Assembly: GCA_964035545.1 (NCBI GenBank)
Contig: OZ037772.1
Span: 6,928,889 to 6,992,888, forward strand
DNA length: 64,000 bases
Source of the DNA: Bugula neritina
Lineage: Eukaryota > Animalia > Bryozoa
Reading direction: 5' to 3'
The notes below the pieces were generated by a model. The model did no database searches. It was not told the DNA's origin and saw only the letters and a list, made by a program, of their open reading frames with translations. The first letter of the stretch is position 1, and each line of letters starts with the position of its first letter. Below are positions 1 to 13,536 of this stretch, one piece after another. Both the position numbers and the translations under genes were made by a program.

Positions 1-793
1 GTACGGGTGCTGATATGTATGTATTTGTGATTGCAGTTTGTATTAACTTATAGTTCTGGCTTCAATAGGTGCAACTGTTTTCAAACATTACAAAAAAAAA
101 AATTTGCATAATGTGAAGCTTAAAATTGCAGTGATGCTGTAAACCACTCAGCTATCCTTTGTTTTCTAATGATATAATATGACAAGTTTTCACATGATCT
201 TGTAAAGACAAAATGATCAAAAATTTAGTCCTCAAAATAAAAATGGTTTTGCTTGTCTTTTAAGATTAGTCAGTCATTTTATGTATCCTTGATGAAATTT
301 CTCGAATTTTTGAACACTTATTTTATTTATTTTTTGATTATTACTCTTAATCACTTGATCAAGGCTCATACACTGTTGTTTTATAATTGAATAGTATTTT
401 CCAGTTTCAACATCTGACTGAACAAAAACTAATTCAACACTTGAGAGTCTATATTGTTGTTGATTGGTTATAGCAAATGTAGAGTTTATTCTAAACTATA
501 ATGTACAATGCAATGGGCTACTCAAATGTATGATTAAACAACAATTTAGTAAACGTATAAGAGATAACTGCTGCCCGATCCTAATTTAATTAAATGATAA
601 TTGTGACTTACAATTTAAAATAACTTAGTACCCCGGAAAAGTTCCTATTGAATTTTGACTCAATAGAAAGTCAAGTTATTGTATGATCAATAAATCTGCA
701 TTAATATAACAGGGAACTATTTTATTTTGGTGCTTACCGAAAGCAAACTTTGCTTTGTGAAACTTACATTATGTAATCAAATCAAAATTTTAG

Positions 794-3641
794 ATCAAGA
801 GAGACATGACTTTAAATCTCTCACATCATTGAGAGAAGAAGTAAATATTTACCTCGCGAGTCAGCTGAGTGTAATTGTTGAAAAGATTACTAAGATATGT
901 TCTTTGAACAAGAAGGTGTGGAATGATCTTGATGATCAAGAAGAGAAGTGTTCAGATGTCATAAGAGAGATAGAGACAATTAGAAATGAAATGGTGAGTT
1001 TGTCAGTTAACTGTCTGTTACATATCATTGCTTGTTTTAAGTCTCATCACAATCATCACAGAATTATTTACAATATTCAATCAGTTGGTATATTGAAATT
1101 ACCTGGAAACCACAACCATCATCGCAATTATTTTCATGTTGATGAGAGCAGTCAACAAACTAGTTGTATAGTAATTGTATAAATTAGATTTTGGTTTGTT
1201 CGAAAAGGAAAATATTTGAAGACATGCAGAGTATGTAATATCACATCAGTTTTTTATTTTGAGAGTAATAAGCAAAGGAATTGTCTTTCAATTCGTTTCT
1301 GAGTTGAGCATTTTTTACAGAAAATCAGAAGTTACTTTCTTACAAGTGCTGCGGATAAAAATAAATTTAAGTTATTTAAGGTTCAAATATTTTTTAACAT
1401 GACAGCTATATAATGTTCTTATCTGAGCTTTCAATGTTTACATATTGAGCTGAACCATTCTGATTTTAGATCCAAAAAATAACCAATGAGAGTCAAAAGC
1501 TGATTGACAGAGTTACTAATCACAAAGAAGAAGTGACCAATCAGGTGGAAAATTTCTACAACAAGCTGATGCTGAAGAAAGATGAGTTGGAGAAAACACA
1601 AGCTGAGGTGCATCGTCTGCTGAAAGATGGTCATGTGACTGAGAAGATCAGACAGAAGAAGAGAGTAACAGAAGAGATGAACAGACATGATGCAGATAAA
1701 CTAGATCGATGTGAACTTGTTGATCCACCAACTGTAATAAATACAGGTTTGTGATGTTTTTATTTGAAAATAGATTGGCTATAACAATCAGATAACATCT
1801 GCCAGTTAGTTGGCTCTCTCAAAATGATGACTTAGCAAACTTTATTACAGTAGATTATAAACAATAAAGTAGTATGTATCCTATATCACTACCTACATAG
1901 AATTATATGCTGTGAGCAGCAAATTACATTCGCACACTATATATGCTGAAAGATCATAATTATTTCTCAAAGAAGCTGCTAGAGACCTACGACTGTTAAA
2001 ATTACAGTATCAATAAATAATTATTCTTCATTTGTATGACAATTAAGCACCATACTCATGCAACGTGTGTTAAATTAATACTTTATAACGAACCATTACA
2101 TGCATTACTATGTTATACTATATAATATGTGCACACATATGTCACACATATATACATGCATCCATACACACATGCATACATACTGTATATACACATATAC
2201 ATGGCATGCATATATATATGCATGCATATATACAAGCATGCATGTTATATGCATGCATATTATATGCACATATAACATGCATAAATTACACATATGGACA
2301 TAAATAATCTTTATAGTAATAATACAGGCATATATATAAGCAAAAATATACAAAACTTGTAGCAATTACCTCAAATAGTCATCTAGTTTTTTAGTCATAT
2401 AGGTTTATGCTGATTGGAATAAAATTAGGAAACATTTGCGAAAAATAAATGCTTTCTAATAAAAGTTGATTTCTAATAGTTGTACTAAATGACTAACCAT
2501 ATATCATCTTACAGGTCAAAACGCAAGTAGACTACTGAATGTCAGTCTAGTAACAGTTCCTTCTTCACTGACATTCATATATGAACATGAGACAAGTGGG
2601 TGGTGTTACTCAGTCAATCACAGACAAAATGGTGACATACTCATAGGTACTGGAAATGGAATACAGTTACTGAGTAGAGATGGTAATGAGCTGAGAGAAT
2701 ACAGTACAAGTGTGAAGAGAGTATCAGGAGTGATTGAGACTCCTCAGAATGTCTTCATTCTACACAGAGAAGGTGACGTATCTAAGGTAGAGATGTGTTT
2801 AACTGGTGACATCACAAAGAGACAACAACTGTTTCAGTTTGATAGAACAAATAACATTGGACCAGTAATGGCAGTCTCTGACAGATATGTTGTGGTGGAT
2901 CATCCAGATACTAAGCAGCTGATCATCTATGACTTTATCACTAAACAGACAGAGACTATTCATCCTGATGTGTATCCACGTGGTCTACACTTTCTACCAG
3001 ATAGTCATCTGCTATCTGGTGGTGGAGATAAATTGATAAAGTACAAAGTAGAGAATAGAAAGCTGACTACAGTTTGGACATGTGATGGTGTAACAGATGG
3101 ATACAGTGTCTGCACAGATTCTAATGGTCTCATCTATGTTTCTGGACAAAGCTTGAAGTCGCTTTACATCATTTCTCCATCAGGTACGGTTGCTTAAGCA
3201 TGTGTATGTTGTGAGTAGAAAACTCCAAATATATTTTTAGAGTTCTTCAGAGGTGTTAGAAATTTCTAAAAAATTAGCAAAACAAATATTGAAAGTTTCT
3301 GCAGTACTGTTTCTGCTGCATCAAATTACTGTCTCCATAATATAGTCACATTGCTGGAATCTAAGTTTGTGTATCCCCACATTTTTTCACATAATTTACA
3401 AACCTTGTCTATAAATTATGAAGTAAATTGAGTGCACTTTGATATTTTTTTAAACCTTCCAGTTAACTTTGTTCCCAAGGCAGTGTATATTTTTAAATAT
3501 TTGACAGGCGTTATTCTCAAGACACTGACTCATGATAAGTTACCAACTTGTTTTGCTGGAGTACCGAGTATCAGAGATGGAATACTGGCTGTACCTGGTT
3601 GGGGAGACAACAAATTGTATCTTTTTGAAATAGAAACCTAA
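794..3641 (+). CDS. TRIM-like gene copy A, 3' part (coiled coil + NHL-like beta-propeller); RING/B-box exons lie upstream of the window
   Basis: Exons 794-993, 1470-1746, 2515-3183, 3508-3641 with AG/GT boundaries and consistent phases. Internal exon lengths 200/277/669 match copy C. Frame open to TAA at 3641. Confidence 0.9.
2096..2302. repeat. Imperfect alternating purine-pyrimidine microsatellite (CA/TA/TGCA) in a copy A intron
   Basis: Visible low-complexity tract; source of spurious H/Y/I/M/C-rich ORFs. Confidence 0.85.
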
Positions 3642-5495
3642 GTAATGCGCTAAGCCTATGTTGGACTTGATTGTTAATATATGTTCCACATTTTACATTC
3701 TCATTCTATTGTTTAACATTTGGATTTAATGGGATGATATTTTGTTCTTATAACTACAATATATTCTAAATGAAATGACTTTTCACAAGTCTGACAACAC
3801 TTTTTTAAACGACCCATATAATGGATGTGATTTCATAAACTCTTCAGCAGTCACAGAAACCATTTTCAGTATGATTCTTACCCATAGTACAAATCCTGAT
3901 AAACTCATATTCAATACTATCTAAGTTATTGTGTTTGTGAAATTGCTTTAAATTGTATTTAGGTTGAGCTTAATCAGAGTTGGTTACCAGAATAATTATT
4001 ACTCTAATATATAATTTTTGCATATATATTATGCTATCTAACTATATTAAACTAATATTGGGAAGTTGCCTGTTTATAGCATAACATCAAAGCATGTACA
4101 CATATTATATTATATTAATAATAAAAATTATACTATATAGCACTCTATTATACTATATAACAGTATATTTGTTATAATTATTTACTTTTCAACTGAAGTC
4201 GAAGCTTTTTCACAAAAAGCTGCTTTAACACTTAACGAAAATAAAAAGGAATAAAACACACAAGTTTAAAGCTAGTTATGTGGCCAATAATAATTTTCAC
4301 TGAGCTCGCTAAAACTATAGTATGTGTTTGCAAATAGTTCTTGTTTTAACTTATATAATGTTTGCAACTGTTTATTGCTGCATGTAAATGTTTTTTATGT
4401 AAATTTATAAAAGATATTTATAAAATATTGTAGCTTATCTATACACACTGTTTTAACATCCAATACTAACCGTTTCACAATCTATAATGATATATGCGAT
4501 TGCATACAACCAAATTCTTAAATAATGAATACGTAATGATCAGCAAGACTCGCATAGAAGTTTTTTAAGACAATAATCGAGCAGAAAAAAGTGGCCAGTT
4601 ACTATGACATGGTGTGAAAAATTGTGATGCTTTTTATAACATATTGCACAAAAAACACTCAGTAATTGTCATTATGCTATATAAACTTTTTTATAACTTC
4701 CTATATCTCAATAACTGTATAATTATAACATGAGAGCATAACTGCTATAATTTTGGAGGTTATATATCACTAACGACATTCAAACTGGTTGACCTACGTA
4801 TAATAATCAATAGTGCTTAATAATACAAAACCTAGACAATTCTTATAACACATTGTGAGACGTTATTGTTGATTAGGTCTTTTATCACACACTCTATACC
4901 AGGTTAAAATAATTTTTCATGGAAAAAAAGCAGCGTAAATGTATGTGTATACATGAAAGTGTTAAACCAATCCTAAAGTGATGAACATTAAGCAAATAAT
5001 AATATATAACAAAGTTGTTGAAACATGATGTTCTATATTTATCACCACATGCTTATTTGATATACAATATTATTATTGATCCCAGCTATTGGCTATATTG
5101 GCTATATTGGCTATAAAAGCCTATTTTTTTAATGTTCAAGTGCAATAGTGACTGTTTCAATGCTCTTGCTTTTGGTATAGAAAGCTAGTCCCATACAATT
5201 GTAACAATAGCATAATTTATGTTGGTTAAAAATATGTAGCCATTATAGCTAGCTATTTTATCCAAATGTGTAACATATGGTTAATCTAGAAAATTCACCT
5301 TCTGATTTATGTTGTTTTTACAAAATACATTGCTGTTTTTTATTTAAAGTTTGACAAATTTTCTAAGTAGACTTTATTTTATTTAGCTCTGGTTAAAGTA
5401 CACTTTGAAATTTTTAATTCTTTAAAATTAAAGAGACTGTGACAATCTTAGGGACCAAGGTGTTGCACATCAAGAAAGATTATAGAAAAAACAAA

Positions 5496-6793
5496 ATGGC
5501 AGACCAGGACATACCTCCAGAACTAAAGAGCAGATGCAAAGCATTTAAAGGCATGCCTTCCTTCATAAGTGTGAGAGATATTGTGGCTTTCATTGTAGGT
5601 ATAAGGTAAGACCTTACGTATTTAAACTTTGTGATTAGTAAACTTTGGTTCATTAGAACAAAGAGCTGGCTTAATGTGATTGGAACTTTAGATTTTGCTG
5701 GACAAAACGTTATATATAGATGTTATAACATGGGTAGAGTATAGGCACTTAATGTAGCTCTAATTATAGATGTATTTAAAACTTATTACTACAAAAAGCC
5801 TTATACTAAATAAAGTTTATTTTTTCAATGATAACTTATATGTTTCATTAGTTCTTGAGCGGGACATAGGTTTTAGACCCAGTCTTAAAGTTCATGTGAC
5901 ACACATGTACCATCTACATAATTTCAAATATATCGCTATATTAGCACACTGATATTTAAAAAAAAATTAGCAACTAATTAATTTTGGTCTTTAGCATAGA
6001 AAGAGAAGTAACAAAAGAACTTGAAGCTTTTATCTTCAGTAAAATGCGCATTGATTGTGACCTGAAAAGAAGATGTCTGGATCCAGTGTTACAAGATTAT
6101 GGTGAGAGTTTCACCTGACTTCTGTTTACAGATAAGATAGTTTAATGTGAATAATATGCAGTTTAATTGACATTGTTATAGTCTCACCCAAAACATGCCT
6201 GTAGTGCTTTTTATAAACTAACAATATGTTTCGGTATAGTATATGTTATAGAGATATGTGAATTCAGCTGCTGTGTAACTTGCCATATAACTTGGTAGAA
6301 TAATTTAATTATAAGTGTGAAGGAAGATTGATATTAGTGTATGCATGCTTTAGTTGGCCATTCAAAGTTGTTCAAAGATGGTGAAAATATAATTATTATT
6401 ATTATTCTTTTTCACAGTATATTGTTTCAGCAACACTGATAAGAAGGCAGGTATATTACAATACTGTGAAAGACTACTTAGTTGATAAATTAGAAAAGGG
6501 AGGCCGTGATGGTACCAGCTTTGAATCTGTGTGGATTACAATTATTAGAGACCTTTTGTATGATGCCTCAATTGACCAATCATCACCCTGCTCTAAAGAT
6601 GATGCAGCAATGATGGTATAAGCTAGCATTTACAAATTTAGAAAAAATCATGTTAATTTAGTTTGCAGATAATAAGAAATTTTCATAGCAGAGCTCTAAA
6701 AACAATTGTTTATGAAACAGATATCTCACCATATATACAGTAAAGGTTTTAATATGCTTTTATAAAACAGATTCGGTGCCTATAACTATGTTT

Positions 6794-6875
<82 letters not shown>

Positions 6876-8439
6876 TTTTCTTAAGATATTGACACTTGGT
6901 GGAGATGTAGTAAAGGAGTATTTAGCAGACGCTGTTAGTCCAAAGAGTAGAGAAGCTGAAAAAGCTGCCAATCTGTTTCACTGCCTGATTGAAGCTTCAT
7001 ATAAATTGAACCCTAACTTAGGTGAACAATGTGTGAGTGATCCATAACATGTTTATTGAATAATACAATATATATCACTTGGGTTAAACGATATTATATA
7101 ATTTTTGATATTAACTGAATGTAATTCTTTGAAAGTTGACCTAATATTTTAGTATTCTTTGTTTAGCTGATGTGGATAAAGTCCTATAGAAGCTTGATAA
7201 GAAGTGATCGAGAAGTCCTGCCACATCTTTACAAGAGGTTCGTGAAGAATCTACTAGCAAGAGATCAACACACACCAAGCAGTATTAGTCATACTTCTCT
7301 GGCACCTGACCAAGAACCAGAAAAGCTGACAAACTCTTCCGTGGGGCCGTTCAATTGTTCATTTGCTCAGAAAAATGCAAACACAGTTTTTCCAGCAAAT
7401 CTTACAAACAAGAATGTTGACTCACTGAGCAACTCCCCTGTAAGTCCTTTATCAGAGTTATAATTAAAAAATTTATCATATCATGAATTCGGAAGTCATC
7501 AAATTACTTTGCTTTGAAAAAAATTTGGTCTCTTGTCTGAATGTTATGTTTATTCAACACAAAGGAGCGAGAGATCTTGCAAATGATGCAAACTTGCAAA
7601 TCCATGTAAAAGATAGAACCAAATTGTAAATAACTTCAGAACTGATTTGTTTGCTTTGAAAGTCCAACTCCAACTCTAAAAGGATTGACTTCAAAATCAC
7701 TGCCTATACCAACAATTATAAAAATGATTCATACTCATAGGACCTCTTTTTCTCTAATGGCACATTTATCAACTTATATTTATTTAGCAATACTAATATA
7801 ATTTAAAATTTGCCTAAACTGCATGGTTAAACATGTTTTCACTTATTTATAGTTTTATTAAGCATCAACAACTTTCTTCTGCTTTTTAATTTTTACCAGA
7901 TTTCTAAGACTGTGTCTGACATTAGCAAAGACTCTAAACTGGTTTCTGGATCCAAAAGAAAGTCCACTTATACAATTATTGAAGACAATGTAAAACCTCC
8001 TAAAAGGAGAGCAGAAAGCTCCAATGCAGACTCTAAAAAATTTCTTGAGCAACCTGGTTTTTCTCAGATGGAAGTTACATGCACAAACAACCCAATCACA
8101 CTGAAAACAAAAATTGTTGCAAGTAACCTTTGTAACACACCCTCTAGTTATACTGCTCCACAAGCTAGTACTGAAAGTGTTCCATGTACACCAGAAATAT
8201 TGACCATTCAGTCTCACACGCCAGCATCCACTGTAAATGCAATAACAAAAGACGAGTCAGAAGAGCATGATGTGATCAGATTAGATGATGATGACTGGGA
8301 AAGGATGCAGGATCTTATACCAATAGCCATGAACTTGCCAACAGAAAGTATGGATGATTTGCTTAACTATGTGGGACTAGTCTTTGATGACATGGTTTTA
8401 TCTTTTGACTTTGCCGCTCTGTTAGATTCAAGTGACTAA
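5496..8439 (+). CDS. Uncharacterised 6-exon gene, about 453 aa: helical N-terminal domain, S/T/P-rich linker, basic NLS-like segment, acidic-hydrophobic C-terminus
   Basis: Exons 5496-5605, 5995-6101, 6431-6615, 6886-7032, 7167-7439, 7900-8439. All GT-AG, phases 2/1/0/0/0, joining into one 1362-nt ORF from MADQDIPPELKSRC to FDFAALLDSSD*. Confidence 0.82.
6797..6867. repeat. (TA)n microsatellite
   Basis: Visible directly, just upstream of the polypyrimidine tract of orphan-gene exon 4. Confidence 0.95.
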
Positions 8440-9221
8440 CTTTTGCACCAGAAAAAAAATAATACTGTCATTTAGTTTTGTACAAGGAGTTTAATATTTT
8501 AATGACTCATTTTATAGTTTTTTTATTTTACAGTTGCTAGATTTAGTTGGGTATAAATAGGTTCTATCTCGTGCCTTACAGCGTACTTAATTGCTGAAAT
8601 TGAAAGTTTTTATATAACTTACTTTGTAACAGCTTTTTAACTCAGCTATATTTTAATTTAATTGTTTTCTAATTTTATTATTGGCTGAACATTTAGTTTC
8701 ACTAATTTGAGTAGCAAAGTTTATATACAAACCTAACGCTTTATCTGCTAAATTACTAAACAATAGGCATGAGGATGTATAGCAAAAGTTATTTTTATTG
8801 TTTTATTTATTATATTTTGATTTCAATTTATATTCACCCCACTAAAAAATAAAAAGCTATTAAATTTAAAATATTGTCTGTTTAATTATCTGTTACCGCG
8901 AGTCATAACTTTACAGAAACGTAGGTTTATATGATCCTGCATGTTTCTGCCATCAAAGCAATTTGAAAAAAAGAACATTATGAAACATTGTTCTAAAACT
9001 TGTACACTCCAAACTGAAAGCTAATATAGCTTTGGAGGCAGTTTTAAATTATGCTTTTATTTATTTAGATTTATTCCATTTTATTGTTCACAATAGCTGT
9101 TTTTATTTTTGTCAAGATACACTCAAAACGTACACAAATTATAAGATTATAATATATTTATATCAACGGCAAATACTTGATAACATTATAGGAGCATATG
9201 ACAGAGCATTACTATATGAGT

Positions 9222-10665
9222 TCAATAGTAGCTGTCATACTGTACTATATTTGAGGGTGGGTTCTGTCTCGTAACATTGACTGGCCAAGGATAGCCTGTG
9301 TTCTGTGTGGGATAGCTGTTAACTGGTGGACTGTATCCATTGATTGTTGGACCATAGTCTATGGGGCTTGTAGCTGGCATTCCCATATCCTGCTGTACTT
9401 GTTGGGCACGTTGTACATTAAATTTGATTGGTCCATTTGGTCTATAGTTAGCCAATGGATCATCGGTCCTGTGATGTAAGAATACAACTTTATAACATTA
9501 TAACATTTATAAACATTTGAATGAAAAAAAGTGAATTCACATTGTAGGTTGTGCAAACACTAAATGTATATTTCAATGTTGTTTTAAGGGCATATAAATC
9601 CACAATACACAACCAGTACAGTAGCTAGAGTTCAGTTCTATAAAAAATCACATCTCACCAATATTTAAATGCATGTACTAAAAAGTTATCTGCTCTTGTA
9701 CTACAATGTTTATTATTATCATTTATGTGCAGCTGCGAATAATTATGAATTATTTTATAGCTTTCAACTGGCATATGTAGGAAATTTAATAGATATCCCC
9801 TTTTATCTCACTAAGCTACAGTTCTAAAAACCTTACTGTCTGACATAGTAAAATACTAGATTTAACCTACGAATTCATTAAATTTGGCCATTTTGTTTCT
9901 ATACACACATGACAAGAACCACCAAACATTGATTCAAGCTACACTATTCCCATGACCTGCAGAGTTTTGTGAAAAAGTCAGCCATGACTTATAAAGGAAA
10001 TACTGCATGCAAGTAGAAACTTCCAGAAGCAATATGATATGTAATAGGAGTCGTGTGCTGTTCTAGTTTGATTATTGAAAGAGCACAACTCCTGTCTCAA
10101 ATACTTGCCTTCTTAAAGTAAACACAACTTGATCTCCACTCTGTCTTATCAGTTTTTCCGCTTCTTTGTGGGTCATGTTAGCTGTGGGTATGTTGTTGAT
10201 TGCTAAGATATCATCATTTGCTCTTAAGCTACGGGCTGCTGGTGACCCTGGGGTGACCTTGAAAAAATTATTGAGTAACAAACATTGGGCCACCAGAATA
10301 TATGGATTATGTTTACATTTGAAGAGCATTGCAGTTGCGGTTATGATGTAATGAAGGCAAGTTTTAAACTTAGCAACGAAAAGGGTATTAGATAACTGTA
10401 TATAACTGTAATAAAAAGTTGCTGCAGTATTGTGCTATAGTACTGTATTCACTATATTTAGATTACCTAATTAGCTAATGGATAGATAATACCCACAACT
10501 ATGCAAGGTATTCAGCAGCTACATGTATATGTGTATATCTGTTCTAATATGCAGTATAGCTTAATTGGGAGGCAGGTCATATTGTGTACTGACTATATAA
10601 AGATATCATTACTATATGCATTCTCTATGTTTAAGCACAATAGTCTAATGTACAGTGTGCATATG

Positions 10666-10719
<54 letters not shown>

Positions 10720-10924
10720 GTATTGATACAATTTTGGATATAAAAATAAACTTAGATCTTCATATTATTGACTACAATATTGTTTCACGTAGTGTAAGCT
10801 ACGATCATCAGGTCGTTGTGTGAAGATCTAAGTTTATTTTTATATCCAAAATTGTATCAATACCAAATATAAATACTCTATTTTTTGAAATATTGAGTTC
10901 TTTTGATTCATTTTTAATTATAAA

Positions 10925-10960
<36 letters not shown>

Positions 10961-11084
10961 AAATGCTATACAAATGATAGCCTACTTTCTTTACTCCAAG
11001 TTGGGCTCGATAGTCAGCCCCTCCTTGCAGCCTGAATCCCCAAGGCTCTCCTGGACGTCTGTACAACTCACAGTTTATGCTCAT
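9222..11084 (-). CDS. PDZ-domain protein of the PDLIM/ALP-Enigma/Zasp type lacking LIM domains, 164 aa
   Basis: Exons 11084-10986, 10257-10109, 9468-9222. PWGFRLQGG motif and VTPGSPAA...DDILAIN...MTHKEAEKLIR are typical of PDLIM-family PDZ domains. The second coding intron is GC-AG. A likely 5' UTR exon donor (GTAAGT) lies at 12076-12071. Confidence 0.88.
10712..10871. repeat. Perfect ~51-bp inverted repeat with ~58-nt spacer, adjacent to (TA)n
   Basis: 10712-10762 is the exact reverse complement of 10821-10871. Confidence 0.92.
10770..10814 (-). ncRNA. Minimal type I hammerhead ribozyme
   Basis: Minus strand reads gac-CTGATGA-tcgtag cttaca ctacgt-GAAA-caatattg-TA-gtc: intact core boxes, stem II cgtag/ctacg, palindromic stem III ACAATATTGT, GUA cleavage triplet. 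The base of stem II is a U-U mismatch. Confidence 0.75.
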
Positions 11085-13052
11085 CTCTATGTGAATATCA
11101 AAACTAGAAAACATAAAAAAGTATATTTCTATTACCAAATGTGTTAATATGTGATACAATAAATATTGTAATATATTAGTTGTCGACTAAATAATCAAAC
11201 AGACAAGTTATATAATATGTCACCATTTACAATATAGTTTGTCAGCAATAAAATTGGCAAATCACAGTAGCCTACATGTTTTGTCTTTAAACCGTAAAAA
11301 CTTTGTTTAGGTCTGTGATAATAAATCTTGATTTTTATATATTGATTTGCTATTTCTGCTTTAGGTACTAGATATTATAATTCTGGGTATCCAAAATCCT
11401 AAACTTTCGGAGTTTTTACAAAAATACAATAACTCCATTACTATAATTTGTCATATCATGTCTAAATAGATAAACTCACATTATGAGCAAGTGTCAACTT
11501 ACAATTTTAACTGCGTTGGTTGCTAAGATTCTTATTTGCAGCAAATACTCTAATTCCTAAAGACACAATAATATATTTGCAATGCTCTGAAATATAATTA
11601 TTTATGGCAGAAAGCATCTATAGTATATAGTTTACTCATCTCTTTAGAATTGAAATAATTTCAACATATTAGAGCTTATGATTTCTAAAATTTTAATGTA
11701 TAGGATATTTTTCTTTTAGTTTAATAGAATTTACTGTTTACATAAACCAATTTAATTAAAATAATGTGTGTTTCAACTTGACTGCATGCCGAATTATAGC
11801 ATTAAAGCATTACAGATTTATATCTTTTACCAACAAGCTACCACTTTATATATTCCTAAGCTTTAACCTTGGATATAATATTATATGACCTTAAAAATAT
11901 CCTGCTTTAACTTTACATTTGATATAAAGAGCTACATTGCTTGAACTTCAAGTACAATCTAACTATACTTTCATTTCCTATTTGTCAACCTCACATTTAC
12001 CTTTATAATAATAACAAATTAATTCAAGTACTTGCATTCCCTATTCCGTAACTTCTCATTTGAAATAAATACTTACAAAGGTTGTGCCTGCTATTCCACT
12101 AGAAGCTCCAAAGAAAATTAAATGTAGGCAGCAGTTAATATGCCTTCTCAGGTATAAGCTAATAGCTGCAGCTGAATAGAGATGCTCATTTATGTTAATT
12201 AGTGTAATCAGCACAGGTAGACTGCTGAGTGCTACCTACTAATTAGTGCAACGTAATCATTATGTAAGACAATTAGGCATTCCACTTATAATAGACTAAG
12301 TATGTCTATACTGCCCTTTTAGTTTAGGTAGAGATGCAACTTGCATCTTATATGTTGAAGAAAGTTGATTTTTCTTTCTACTTGAGAGTTATGTTCACAA
12401 TAATCTAAAAATTATTGCCTATTTTCTGACCTTTCAACTTCCTTAAAATACTACTACACTACACTAATAGCTAATACTGTTTAACAAAATATTGTTCACC
12501 CCTTGGGATGCCCGAGACGTTCTGCTTGCAAAAAGGAGCTGCTACAGCCATTACACTACCGAAGTCACTAGGTAATCACAGCACTATAGTAAAGAAACTC
12601 AGGCAAGTTTATAGTCTCATTCCTGATTTAGACTAAGGACTTTGATCTTTTTGAATAAAGAGTATTTGAGAGGTCATGGGGGTTGAAGACATCAAAGTGT
12701 TGGTACTATACAACCATGAACATATTTATTAGTTGAAAGGATTCATAGATGACAACTCTTTATCTTATTTAAGATTTTTATTCAACACCCTTACAAGTTA
12801 TACCAGAAATTTTTTTTAGTAAATATTCAAACATTTTGCCACATGTGCACCCTGCCAAAACAACCTGGTGTAATGCAAAGGTTTACTACTACATGTTATT
12901 TCTAGTTCTGGGGGTATACAACCTGATGATTTGCCATTTTGCCAGTCTTCAAATTTTTTTGAAGAAATACAGAAACATGATAAAACTCCCAATTTTTCCT
13001 TTTTAAAATTATAACATGCAATGTTGAGAGAAGCACTCACTAACCAAACAAG

Positions 13053-13146
<94 letters not shown>

Positions 13147-13151
13147 CTCAA

Positions 13152-13198
13152 TCTGTGGACAGCAGCTGTTTCGGGATTTGTCCCCTCATCAGCACAGA
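13152..13198 (-). ncRNA. Type I hammerhead ribozyme (minus-strand copy)
   Basis: Exact reverse complement of the 13490-13536 ribozyme. Confidence 0.88.
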
Positions 13199-13401
13199 AC
13201 AGAGTACCATGACCCACACCTTCGCAATAGTAAAACTTATAGTTTTACTAAAGCATATTTAAAAGGTGTGCAACTTCAAGCCAGAGTGCTCAAGTGACTC
13301 TAGGGGTCACCTAGGAGTCACGAGCATTGCAAAATGCTAGCGGCTTAAGTTTGTGACCATGGCGAGAGTGCTCAATCATTTAATGTCATTGCTCAGCATG
13401 A

Positions 13402-13433
<32 letters not shown>

Positions 13434-13489
13434 GCTTTAGTAAAACTATAAGTTTTACTATTGCGAAGGTGTGGGCCATGGTACTCTGT

Positions 13490-13533
13490 TCTGTGCTGAT
13501 GAGGGGACAAATCCCGAAACAGCTGCTGTCCAC

Positions 13534-13536
<3 letters not shown>
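13490..13536 (+). ncRNA. Type I hammerhead ribozyme
   Basis: tctgtg-CTGATGA(13496-13502)-ggggacaaatccc-GAAA(13516-13519)-cagctgct-GTC(13528-13530)-cacaga. Stem I tctgtg/cacaga, stem II closed by G-C, stem III ACAG/CTGT, canonical GUC cleavage site. Confidence 0.9.

Noticed and set aside
2100-2365. His/Tyr/Met/Cys-rich ORFs
   Set aside because: Low-complexity intronic repeat with no splice or homology support.
12923-12970. Other CTGATGA/CTGAAGA occurrences (also near 33220 and 50341)
   Set aside because: No stem II + GAAA + stem III arrangement, so not hammerheads.
12490-13060. Possible decayed coding or TE sequence beside the hammerhead element (Penelope RT or GIY-YIG?)
   Set aside because: No recognisable motif in the frames examined.
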